Position numbers and translations under genes: made by a program. From the NCBI GenBank assembly GCA_002269645.1, contig NIVC01000440.1:124001-188000 (forward strand): a stretch of DNA of 64,000 bases. The letters run 5' to 3'. Below the pieces are notes generated by a model. The model searched no databases and was not told where the DNA came from. It saw only the letters and a program-made list of their open reading frames with translations. Positions 10,115 to 20,100 of the stretch are shown here, piece by piece; within the stretch, counting starts at the first letter, position 1; the number at the start of each line of letters is the position of its first letter. The DNA comes from Macrostomum lignano (Eukaryota).

Positions 10115-12399
10115 GGTGATGAGTATGCTGATATGGCTTTGCTAATGATGCCGTGTTTCAGCATTTTGTCGATAATCTCATCGAAGTGCTGTTGCAGATG
10201 CTTGGCGATCGGGTACGGCTTGCACTGAATTGGTTCCGTGTGCGGCAGAAGTTTGATTTCCTGTTTGATGTCCTTGGCTCGTCCGATGTCGTAGTCATGG
10301 TGGCAGAAAGCGTCGTTGTACTTCCACAACAGCTGTCGAACTTTCCTCTTTTGCTGTTCCGTAATCGGGCTGTCATCCAAATTGATCTTCTTTTGAAATT
10401 CTTCCTCTGTTAGTCGTGGAGTCGCTTGTTCAATCAGCATAACCGATGCCTGAGTGTTGAGATGACCGATGCACATTCCTTGCCGTAGATGAACCACTTC
10501 TGCGTTCGGGTTGAAGATTTGCACTGGCAGTTGCTTATCTTTTGCAACCAGCACTAGTGCCGTAGGCATCATGATTTGATGTTTTGCCGTAATTCTCCTG
10601 TGCGGATCAAATATCATTGCTTCATCTGCTGCGCTGGTCGCTTTCGCTCTGACCCAGCATGCGCTTTCAGGCTGGATGATGACATCTTGCTGCAGAGTTA
10701 CTTTCGGTAGTACTCGAATCTGGTTGATCAGTGGTTGCTCCACCGTGTCGATCCTAAATGTTTGCTTGTTGAAGTCGAAGGTCAATGGTAGTCGAAGCTG
10801 TTTGAACGTGTCTATTCCAACGATGACGTCTTGGTTTGGTAGTCTGTCGATGATGTACGTCGGGACCGTCAGCTGTTTATTAGCAATTTTCAAGTCAATA
10901 TCTGCTTTTCCTAGAATGTTGAGCGAATGTCCTCCTGCTCCTGCAACTGCGATTGCTGCTGGTCGTACCGCGAGTCGTAGCTTGTTGCATAATTGTTGCG
11001 AGATGACTGTGATCGAGCTGCCTGAATCCAGTAGTGCTCGACATGGCAAGTTGTTGACAATGACCTGAGCCATTGCTTTGCCAATCTCGGCGTGTAGCGT
11101 GCAGACGTAGTTTTCCGGCCATTTTGGCTCGTGTTGTTCAGGCTGATAAGTAGGTGGCTGCATTCTCGGTGCTGTTGGTGTTGTCGGAATCGATGGGTAC
11201 ATTCGCGTTGATGGTGTCGGCTGTCCTTGAGTTTCTTGTCGTGCATCCTCTGTCAATTCCAAGTTGTTGTCTTCTTCTCTTGGTGTCTTCTGCATGATGG
11301 CGTTCACTGTTCGTTTCGCTGTGGGACAAGTGTTGCTGAAGCATCGTACTATCGACGAGATGATAAAGATCGCCGTGACTATCCAAACAACGCAGGCGCT
11401 GTAGAAGATGAAGCCTTGATATAGGCTGCCTCTTCCGTTAAGCAGCTCCAAGAAGCTGTTTGTCCAAAACGATTGGATGGCGTTGTCCATCGACACAAGG
11501 ACCGGGAAATTGCGTGTTCCCGTTCCTTTATTCTTTCGTGTGAAGAGTTGACGAATCATCTTTCGTTGAGTGATGAACGCTTGCAAGAAGTCGTTGATGG
11601 TCCATCCTGGTGTTATTTCATCGAGTTGGATATCGGCGAATGGTGTGTACTTCGTTCTGTTGAACCGTATCTTCAGATCGTCCATGTCGTACGTTTCGTC
11701 GACTATCACTTCTGGTTCTGTGATGTTTGCTGTCGTTCCTGTTGTTTTAATGACATGTAGTGCATCGTCCAGTTGATAGTAGTTTGCTGCAGTGGTGCAA
11801 GGTCTTGGTATTGCGGTTCCAACGATGATGTTGTGTACCGTGTCCAAGAATCCTTGTATTCTTTTGCCTTCGTAGAATGCTTCAATTCTCGGCTTGTCGT
11901 AGCAAGTTGTTGAAGTGTTCGACGGTAAGATGTTGAAGTGCTGTATCGGCGTGCACTTGTATATCAGGAGATGTCCATATATCGGAATTGCCAGAACCTC
12001 TCTCATTCCAGTGATCTTGCGAAATGTCATCGTAGGGTTGACATAGTAGTTCTGTCTTGCGTAGTTCAAGTTGATTGCGTGCATTTTGCAAGTTAGCTGA
12101 ACCAGTGACCGATATAAGTGGTTTAGCTGGTTATGCAGGTTGTGATCCAGCGCCGTGATCTTTGCTGACAGTAGTAGGTTTGATACCAATCGTGGACGTT
12201 TTATGTCGCGTCGTTGCCTTTCTTGTTGTTGATACGTTCCGTTTATGATCGCCAGGAAGGTTCGTTTATCGTCATCCTTTACATAGACTGGTATTTCTTG
12301 CTCCGAGATGAATAGCGTCTTGTCCGTATTCTTGCATTTGAGTTCCTGTTCAACCGGCTTCTTTTGAAACGTCAAGGCCAAGTCTCCTGCTTTTGCCAA
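10051..12399 (-). CDS. Envelope C-terminal half + TM + cytoplasmic tail + aspartic protease + start of RT (same frame as gag)
   Basis: gB-like motifs, TM 11347-11412, protease ALLDSGS (DSG 11020-11028), RT N-terminus ending SAYSSPCLLV. Confidence 0.9.
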   Translation of the reverse strand: MAKAGDLALTFQKKPVEQELKCKNTDKTLFISEQEIPVYVKDDDKRTFLAIINGTYQQQERQRRDIKRPRLVSNLLLSAKITALDHNLHNQLNHLYRSLVQLTCKMHAINLNYARQNYYVNPTMTFRKITGMREVLAIPIYGHLLIYKCTPIQHFNILPSNTSTTCYDKPRIEAFYEGKRIQGFLDTVHNIIVGTAIPRPCTTAANYYQLDDALHVIKTTGTTANITEPEVIVDETYDMDDLKIRFNRTKYTPFADIQLDEITPGWTINDFLQAFITQRKMIRQLFTRKNKGTGTRNFPVLVSMDNAIQSFWTNSFLELLNGRGSLYQGFIFYSACVVWIVTAIFIISSIVRCFSNTCPTAKRTVNAIMQKTPREEDNNLELTEDARQETQGQPTPSTRMYPSIPTTPTAPRMQPPTYQPEQHEPKWPENYVCTLHAEIGKAMAQVIVNNLPCRALLDSGSSITVISQQLCNKLRLAVRPAAIAVAGAGGHSLNILGKADIDLKIANKQLTVPTYIIDRLPNQDVIVGIDTFKQLRLPLTFDFNKQTFRIDTVEQPLINQIRVLPKVTLQQDVIIQPESACWVRAKATSAADEAMIFDPHRRITAKHQIMMPTALVLVAKDKQLPVQIFNPNAEVVHLRQGMCIGHLNTQASVMLIEQATPRLTEEEFQKKINLDDSPITEQQKRKVRQLLWKYNDAFCHHDYDIGRAKDIKQEIKLLPHTEPIQCKPYPIAKHLQQHFDEIIDKMLKHGIISKAISAYSSPCLLVQRRRLTKDDSYATSDC

Positions 12400-13197
12400 A
12401 AACGTATTCGACAGTAGTCCTCCTTCAACTGTGTGATACTTTTGAAGCTTGCAGTCAATTTCCGGCTCTACTTCCCATGCGAAGAAATATTGTCATGACT
12501 TGTACGGTTCCTCATAGTGTGATTGTGCTCTGTGCTCAATCTGCCATCGATAGTCTTGATGATATGTTGGACTCAGTGGTAGACTGTGTAGTTCTTCCTT
12601 CCGTAGAATTGGTGTTGGACACCATCCTTCACTGTATCGACATTCGCTTAGTTGCAGCTGTAACGATTCCATTTTCTCGTACGGATTGTAGTAGAATGGA
12701 ATATTTCTGATCAAGTAGCTGTTGCGTGCCATATATTCTTTCCATTTTCCGAAGAAGTGAATGTATCGACCGTTGGCTGAATTCTTTGTTCTGAACAGCT
12801 GTGCGTTGCCGACCTTCTCATCTGGTTCCAGTTCACCATCCCTTTAAAATAGTGTTTGATTCCATTGTAGGCATTCCGCGTGCGACACATGTAGCTCATG
12901 TTGTTTGAATCGGATCCGGTTCCATTGTCCGCGCCAAACTTTTTCCACCAGGTGCTTGTCTCTGAAGCATACTATTCCGTGTTGTCGATGCTTCTTGATG
13001 TTAGCCTTGTAGAGATCGAGTGTAATCTTCTTTGGTTTCGTCTGGTTTGTCTTGAAGTAGCTGCATTTGATGTCGGTTGGTATCTTGTAGATCATCGGTT
13101 GGATATGCGCATCCGTTGGACAAATCATTGGTTTTTCCGTTGCCGTTGCTTTGGCGACTACTGCTATCAGTAGTATCACGATGATCCAGTATAGCCA
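11347..13197 (-). pseudogene. env: Envelope glycoprotein (class III fusion protein, herpes gB / chuvirus G-like), two in-frame stops in this copy
   Basis: Signal-like WLYWIIVILLIAVVAKA (13147-13197), cysteine-rich ectodomain, six N-x-S/T sequons, RQRR site (12208-12219), C-terminal TM; stops at 12844-12846 (TAA) and 12493-12495 (TGA) with the frame unchanged. Confidence 0.8.
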
Positions 13198-15030
13198 GTT
13201 TTTCCACTTCTTGGACCTTGCCGTTGTCTTTGCTGGCATTGGCCGCGATCGCCATTCGTTATCTTCCATGTCCGCATCATATCCTTCCGGTTGTTCCATT
13301 GGCTGTTTCAGGCGGAAGACTTCTGATTCGCTTTGCCTTTTGGTTATTTCATTATCTTCGTCTGCGGCTTCTTCCGATGTTTCCGTTGTTTCACTCCATT
13401 GCGTTTGGTATCTTTTCTCTGTCTTGTAGTCGACCGTTTGAATATAGGCTTCACCATTTCGTTTGTATCGGATCTCGTAGCATTCGTCGCTGTCGGAACT
13501 CGGCTTTTCTTTCATCTGTTCTTTTTCCATTTTTTCATCTTTCCATTGTATTTCGTAGCCTTGATCGCTGTCGGAACTTAGATTTTCCGCTCTCAGTTCT
13601 TCCTGCATTCCTCTTTCGGCTCGGTATCCGTTCGTGTCATCACGCACCTCGCAGTCGTGATCGTTGCCGTAACTCCTACATTCTTCTTCTTCTTTCATTT
13701 CCTTGTCTTTCATGCTCGTTTTGTCGTCATCCACTGTTGTCGATTCATAGTTGTTTTCTCTGCCGGTCTCCATCTTTTCTTCGTTACCGATGTCGCTCTC
13801 CGCCTCCTCCCTTTTCTTGTGATTTACTTTCTTCCTGTTTTCTCTGCTGTCTCCGGTGGTCTCTTTTAATTTGATCATTTCGGTTTCATTCGCCTCTTCC
13901 GTGTTGTCAGTGTTGTCCTCGTGCGTCGTCTTCTTTTCGATCAAGCTGATGTCAAGTTCCGGGACTGTGAAGTCCATTTCCAAGTCGTCAATTGTGAACA
14001 CTTGCTGTTCTTGCTGTTCATTTTCCGGTGTGTACGTGATGGCATTCGCGTATCGTGGCATTGCTTGCGTCGGCTGTCTTTGTGTGTATCTGGCGTTGCG
14101 TGGCCTGTAGCCATCATTTCTGAAGCGACCGTCATTTCCGTAGCGGCCATCATTTCCGAAGCGGCCATCCTTTCCGAAGCGTCTCATGTCTTGTTGGCGA
14201 TTTTGATATTGCTGCCATGGTTTCTGCGGCTTTTGATTGTTGAATGTCTGTCGTGGCTTGTCGTATCTTGTCGACCAATGGGGACAATTAATCTGATAAT
14301 GTCCTTCTCGTCCGCAGTAGTAACATCTGGCTGAGGCTCGTTCATTTCGTCTTTTTTGTTCGGCGATAGCAGCTGTCTGGTGCTGCATTAATTTGTTTAA
14401 TTGCTGCGTCAGTTTCTGCACTTCATTGTTGCCTGTCGTCATTAATGGGGCACTGGCTTCCCATTGCATTCCGCAACGCAAAAGGTCTTCTTCGGTTTCG
14501 ATATTTTCACGCAAAAGTCTATCCCGAAGTGACGGCTGTGCGTTGTTTATTACGTGCAGGATTAGGTTTTGTTCGCGATCCATCAATCGCTGTCTTTCTC
14601 TGGCGGCCAATTCTGCTGCTCCCAGTGGCGGTTGGTCCGCAGCTTGCAACGGTGGCTGATGCAGTGCCTTAATTATCTGGCGGATATCGTCCACAAAGGC
14701 GAGGAAGGATTCTGTTGCTTGCATCCTTCTGTTATGTAACTTGTGCAGCAGCACTGATCTGTTTGTGCCGCAACGGTTGAAATGCGCGCGCAGTTGAATG
14801 ATTAGTGCTGGATAATTTTGCTGTGTTGCCGCATCCAGCTTGCCGTAAATTTCTCGCGCAGTACCTTGGAGAAGAGGTGGCAGCAGCTGTGCCTTCTCTG
14901 GATTTTCTAGGTTGTATTCCCTACATACCAGGTCAAAATGGTCGACAAATGTGTTAAAATCTTTCTCCATCGAGAAGGTACCGACCGTTTCTTTGATGTC
15001 TCTGTGTACCGTTGGATTGCGCCGCGCCAT
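12844..15030 (-). CDS. gag: Gag (capsid + CCHC zinc knuckle) fused in frame to an acidic spacer and the envelope N-terminus
   Basis: Ty3-type capsid segment (F..F...C...LL..LL.G.A..Y..L...Y..L...L..HF), CYYCGREGHYQINC at 14284-14325. Confidence 0.92.
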   Translation of the reverse strand: MARRNPTVHRDIKETVGTFSMEKDFNTFVDHFDLVCREYNLENPEKAQLLPPLLQGTAREIYGKLDAATQQNYPALIIQLRAHFNRCGTNRSVLLHKLHNRRMQATESFLAFVDDIRQIIKALHQPPLQAADQPPLGAAELAARERQRLMDREQNLILHVINNAQPSLRDRLLRENIETEEDLLRCGMQWEASAPLMTTGNNEVQKLTQQLNKLMQHQTAAIAEQKRRNERASARCYYCGREGHYQINCPHWSTRYDKPRQTFNNQKPQKPWQQYQNRQQDMRRFGKDGRFGNDGRYGNDGRFRNDGYRPRNARYTQRQPTQAMPRYANAITYTPENEQQEQQVFTIDDLEMDFTVPELDISLIEKKTTHEDNTDNTEEANETEMIKLKETTGDSRENRKKVNHKKREEAESDIGNEEKMETGRENNYESTTVDDDKTSMKDKEMKEEEECRSYGNDHDCEVRDDTNGYRAERGMQEELRAENLSSDSDQGYEIQWKDEKMEKEQMKEKPSSDSDECYEIRYKRNGEAYIQTVDYKTEKRYQTQWSETTETSEEAADEDNEITKRQSESEVFRLKQPMEQPEGYDADMEDNEWRSRPMPAKTTARSKKWKNWLYWIIVILLIAVVAKATATEKPMICPTDAHIQPMIYKIPTDIKCSYFKTNQTKPKKITLDLYKANIKKHRQHGIVCFRDKHLVEKVWRGQWNRIRFKQHELHVSHAECLQWNQTLF

Positions 15031-15729
15031 GTTGTTGATAGGATAGAACGGTAGTTCAAGATCTGGATCGATTTGTAACGGATCGTCCAGTGTGGTGCTT
15101 GCCTCGGAATAAACCTCGACTGTAACGAATTGCCTTGCGGTGTCGATCTGTTATTCGCTGGCCTCGAAGTTGCGGCTTGCTGCCACTGGTTGTCCTCAAA
15201 TGAACTTGTTCTGTTCGCTTGCTGATTTCGCACTTATGCGGCGTCCCGCAAAGTGTATCTTCAAGTTGAAGTGGGCTTTGTCTTCTTGCTTTGCAAAGTC
15301 TTTTTTCTCTTCTTTGACTTTCTCTCTTTGTCAATTAACTCCGCTCTTCACGAAGTTTCAATTAATTTCGGTTTTGTTTTAGTTTTTGTGCCGGCAAAAT
15401 GTTTCAGTTATTTTTTTGTTTGTTTTGCGTCGATGATTCTTTTGTTTTCGGTTTGTTTTCAGTGTACCGACGAAGTTAATTTCGGTTTTGTTTTAAACTC
15501 ACACTTGCTCGAGCTCGTCAAAACAAAATTTTTACACGCGTGCTCAACTGTACTCAAATTTGACAGGTGCTCAAACCTGTACACCAAAATTTACTCGAGT
15601 TTCAAAACGTAACGGACTTAAAAAGTGTTAACTCTAACATGTGCGCGCAAAATTAATGAAGTCGCTCTGTCGTCACTTTACAATAGCTTGGCCAGGCTAT
15701 TGCTCAAATTTTGAGTAGTGCCGAGAGGG

Positions 15730-15740
15730 CGAGATCACCA
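15730..15740 (-). other. Primer-binding site TGGTGATCTCG
   Basis: TGG-initiated, 2 nt downstream of the 5' LTR end; pairs with a tRNA-Trp-type 3' end if two G-U wobbles are allowed. Confidence 0.7.
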
Positions 15741-15742
15741 AT

Positions 15743-16605
15743 TGATGTGTTCCTTATTACCCGACTTTCGATAATCAAGGAACAATCACTTCTAGCTCAA
15801 CAGCTAGGCAACCCAGTTAGTCAAACGAAGGTATTCAATTACCTTTAATCCGGATTTGAATTTCTTGAGTAGTTCTCGCTAGGAACTCGTCAGTAGATCT
15901 CGTAGATCAGGCGCCTTGATTCTTCAGTTGCTCTGGTCCTGGTTCCTCTTGTACTTCCGATAAATTCCTCCGGCCGGTATCTTCCGTCAGGACCAATCAG
16001 AGGCCTCGTATCAACAATGGGTACCCTGCGCCGAACAGCGGTTTGAATTAAGCCTCCTTCTTCTAGTAGTGCCTTTATGCACTCTAGGTATGGCTCCGGA
16101 AACCACTGATAGTCCTCTAAGATCTATCAGGGGCAGTCCTTCTGGAGACTGCAACCAATGGAGTCTAAACAGACTCAAGAGTCTCAACAGACTCAAATAG
16201 ACTCAAGTCTCAATAGACTTGAGCGAGACGTCTCTAACACAACGGGCGCAAATAAGGAAGGCTTACCGCAACAACTCGACCGAGTCTCGATTGACTTGGT
16301 AGATCAGGAAGTCCTCCTAAGGCTTCCTCTTCGGAGCGCTCCTCTTCCGTGGGGAGAATGACTCCGGTACCGCTTCAGATCGCTTGTATTTATAGGCAAC
16401 TTTTTGCTCCAAAATAGCATCATTACAATTCACGTGTTGCGCTAAAAGGGGAAAATGGCTCATGGCGTATTATTCTGGTAACATCTTTTCCTGGTAGCGT
16501 GATTCATTCAAAGCTTAGGCGCACATGCGTGTACTTACTTACTTATAGTAGTATTATACGATTATCTTCTTTTTTCTGTTTTTGCGGGAGGCAGAACACT
16601 CTACA
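15743..16605 (-). repeat. 5' LTR (863 bp)
   Basis: Near-identical to 6018-6881; followed on the sense strand by the PBS. Confidence 0.97.
16387..16394 (-). promoter_or_regulatory. LTR TATA box TATAAATA (copy at 6662-6669)
   Basis: Consensus TATA on the element's sense strand ~210 nt into U3. Confidence 0.65.
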
Positions 16606-17116
16606 CTCCCACATTAATTAACTCTATTTAATTTAGCGTTACTTTAAAATGTAACTGGCCTAAATGAAACAAAAGAATGCCTAAATAAATCCATTTGAAA
16701 CAATTTCATGTTAAAAACTACAAGGGTTTTAAATTTTTTGACATTCATAAAGCGAATTTGTTTAAACCTTTCAACTGCTCGCTCGCAAAGCGGGACGACA
16801 GATTCAATTTCTCATTTTTTGATTAATTATTGGACCCGCATGCACGCACGCACGCACAAACGCACGTTAAGTAATCTTGTTGACCTTAGCCCTCGGTCCC
16901 CGGTAACCAGTCACGACCTCGACAAATCCCAGATCTCTCCGTCCTCGTCTTGGCTTCAGATTACTTCTAACCAGCCCTCCAGAATTAGCATTGAGATAGA
17001 CCTTGACTTGAGGTTTAAACTTGCGTTACTTGCCTTAAGGTTAAGCAGCATAGATTGCCATAGAAATTTTTTATTAATATAGGATCGGATTTTAGGTATT
17101 CTGAGAAAGTCAGAAA

Positions 17117-20100
17117 ATGTCTTTTTTCATTATTTCTTTCCTTGTCTTGGTTGCAGTGTGTGTTGGGTTATATTTTTATTCAAGAAAGAGTGGAACTAAA
17201 ATTGAAGGCAGTAGTGATCCAGGATTTGTATACTTTAGAAATCTCTATTTGGTTGTTTATCTTCTTGGAATGGGTAAGTGTACTTATATTGTATTTGTTA
17301 TTATATAGCTAGGACCTATTTAATGATACACTATTGACTTAAACTAGGCCTATCCCTAAGCCAGTGCCATCCCATATGGTGATCTGATGATTTGATAATA
17401 ATTTGATGATATAAATGTATGTAGGCCTATAAAGATCTTTTAAGCCCCTATATTATATTGGGCCCATGATACCTAAGCCTAAGGCCTAAGGTAGGTTTTT
17501 TATTATTTTTTCTAATAATAATTAGTTTTTTATTAATTGCTTAAATCATATTATATGCCACAACTGCTAGCCCATAGTCCTAATCCCATAGTCAGGAAGG
17601 AGGTGGGTGCATGCTAATTTTTTCCCCAACTTCTATGTGTACACCAAGTGTATGCCAAAATTTAAGCCCATAAGTTTTTATATGCCGAAAAAATAAGTGT
17701 CTTTTTTTCGGCATATAAACAAAGTTCTTTAAGTTAAATGCATATAAACAAAATGAAAAACGAAAATAAAACGAAGACATTTCCACAAGGATTTACCTAC
17801 ACAAGAAATAAAATTGATATCTTTTATTTTTTACTCTCAAAATACATAGATTTTTTTGTGTAGTGTAAATACAATAAAAATTTGATTGAATGCAGATTAA
17901 AAAAATTTAAATTGTACAATAAAAAATCCAGGGCGGGAAAAGTTGTGACATACAAAGGTTTATTACGCCATATTAATTATATTATGTTGAATTCAAATGA
18001 ATTATTTTCTTTATTTGTAAACTCAAGTCGTAAGTTTTAGTGGTCAAGTTAGGATAGTGAGACCTAGTCACATCATTGACGCCAAATGCCAAAATTGTGT
18101 ACAATTAAGGTACACCAAGTTTCTGAATAGTTCAGAATGCATGCCAAAGTGTACACCAATTTTTTTGTGCATACTGAAATATTCTAGCGTGTACCCCTCC
18201 TTCCTGAGTATGGTCCTAATCATGTTAAGTGCACGCTGGAATGCTCTGAACAAATGCATTCCAGTGCCAAGTAGATGCACACCAACACCAAGTAGATGCA
18301 CTACCAGTGCCAAGTAGATGCACGCCAAGCTAATATGTTACAGAAAAAAACATGGGTTAGAAACTTAGTTTCTCCCAATTGCAACTTAGTTCCCTCAATT
18401 GTGACTTAATTTTCATTTTGTATATGACTTTTCTTGCCTTTTTCTCTTCTTTTTCTATTTCTTTATCCTCTTTTCCCTCTTTTTCTTCCTTTCTTTTCTT
18501 TTTCTCTTTTTTTTCCTTTCTTTTTCCCTCCAATTTTTTTGCGTTTTAAATTTTTCAACTTACCTTGGCTGGCGGCCATTTCACCCATCTAGTTTGGACA
18601 GGTTATGGGTATTAGGCATATATATATACTAGGGTAAGTCACAAAATTGAGTAAATCAAAGACAAAAAGCCAAGAAACAAGAAAGAAATAAAGACAAAAG
18701 GAAAGAGAAAGAGAAAAGAGCAGTATAAGGAAGTAAAAATGGTAAAGCGAAAAAAAACAAGTTGCAACAGAAGCAAATTAAGTTGTACAAAAGATTAGAT
18801 AAATTGTAAAAAGGATAAGTCAGTTGCAAAAAGGATTAAGTAAAATTGCAATTGCAAAAAAGATATTAGGTAGGCCTAAGTCACAAAAGGAGCAACTAAG
18901 TCGTAATCAGAGAAGACTAAGTTGCAATTATAGGCAATTAAGAGGTAGTAGATACAAGCGTAATAAGAGAGCAAACCTAGACTAGAAGCCTTTAACCACA
19001 GACAAGCTCTTTAAAATCAGTAGCTTGCACCAACAATTTCCCATTTCCTAAACTCTTGAGCAGGGGTTGGTAAACTCTGGCTTGCAAAGCCTTTCTATCT
19101 GGCTTTCCCCCCTTGGGTTCTTTGAAACTTCCCAATTAGCAAGGTTGGTGTCTCTTCAACTCTCTCTTTCCTTTCTTCTCTACCTTTCTTTCCCTTTTCT
19201 CTTTCTCCCCTTTTCCTTCTCTGTCCTCTCCTTTTTCCTCTCTCTTCTTTTTTTCTTCTCTTCTTCCCTATCTCTTCTCCCTTTTTCTCTCTACCCTTTC
19301 TCCTCATTGCCTTGAGGCAAATGTAGGCAAAGTTTCTTACTTCAATGGAGAGGGAATAGAATATTAGAGATGAGCAAACAGAGGAGAGGCAAATGATAAA
19401 ATGGGAAAAATAGAAGAGAGAAAAGCTGAATGAGAAGAGATGAAAGAGTAAAGGAAATGAGAGGAGAGAGGTGAGATGAGATAATAGATGAGATCAAGAA
19501 AGAGAGGAAAGAGAAGAAAAGAAAAGAAAGGAGAGGAGAGAGTAGATGAAAGAAAAGAAGATAAAGAGGATATGAGAGGAGAGTAAAGAGAGGAGAGATA
19601 ATAATGTAGAGAAGAAAAAGAAGAGATAAGAGAGGAAAGGAAAGAGAGGAAAGAGGAGGGATAAGAGAAAAGAATAAGAGGAGACAGATGAAAAGATTAA
19701 GGAGAAGAAAGAAGTTGCAAAGGCCTCAAATCTTAATTTAACATCTTTAACTCTTGTCTTTGTTTGCCTTTTGCCTAACTATTAACAAGTTTTTGTTTGA
19801 GCATGACTTCAAATTTAAGAGTCTATGCAAAGATAGTTCCAGAAATTGGAATTCAGCAGTTTTAAAATCTGTGGGTTTTAACAGCTTGTATCTCTACTGG
19901 TTTTATATGTTCTGCATCTGATGAACTATCTGAATCAGGGTTTTCATCTTCTATGCCATATCATCTAGCAAATGGAATTATTCTTGAGCCATAAATGAAT
20001 ATATTGTGAATTGTATCCCACTATATTCACTTCACTTTAACTTCTAAACATTCATGAATCATGACTTATAATATAACTAATACTGGAGAACAGGATTAAA

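Larger units (their letters stand above)
6018..16605 (-). mobile_element. Full-length Ty3/Gypsy (Metaviridae-like) LTR retroelement with internal envelope and extra RING ORF
   Basis: Two ~864-bp TG...CA LTRs, 4-bp TSD CTCC (6014-6017 and 16606-16609), PBS, PPT, domain order PR-RT-RH-IN with Gypsy-type RT (DLRHGFWQI, YVDD) and GPY module. Confidence 0.97.

Noticed and set aside
12844-12846. Programmed readthrough at the TAA ending the gag ORF
   Set aside because: The stop lies ~100 codons inside the env ectodomain and a second stop follows; mutation is more parsimonious
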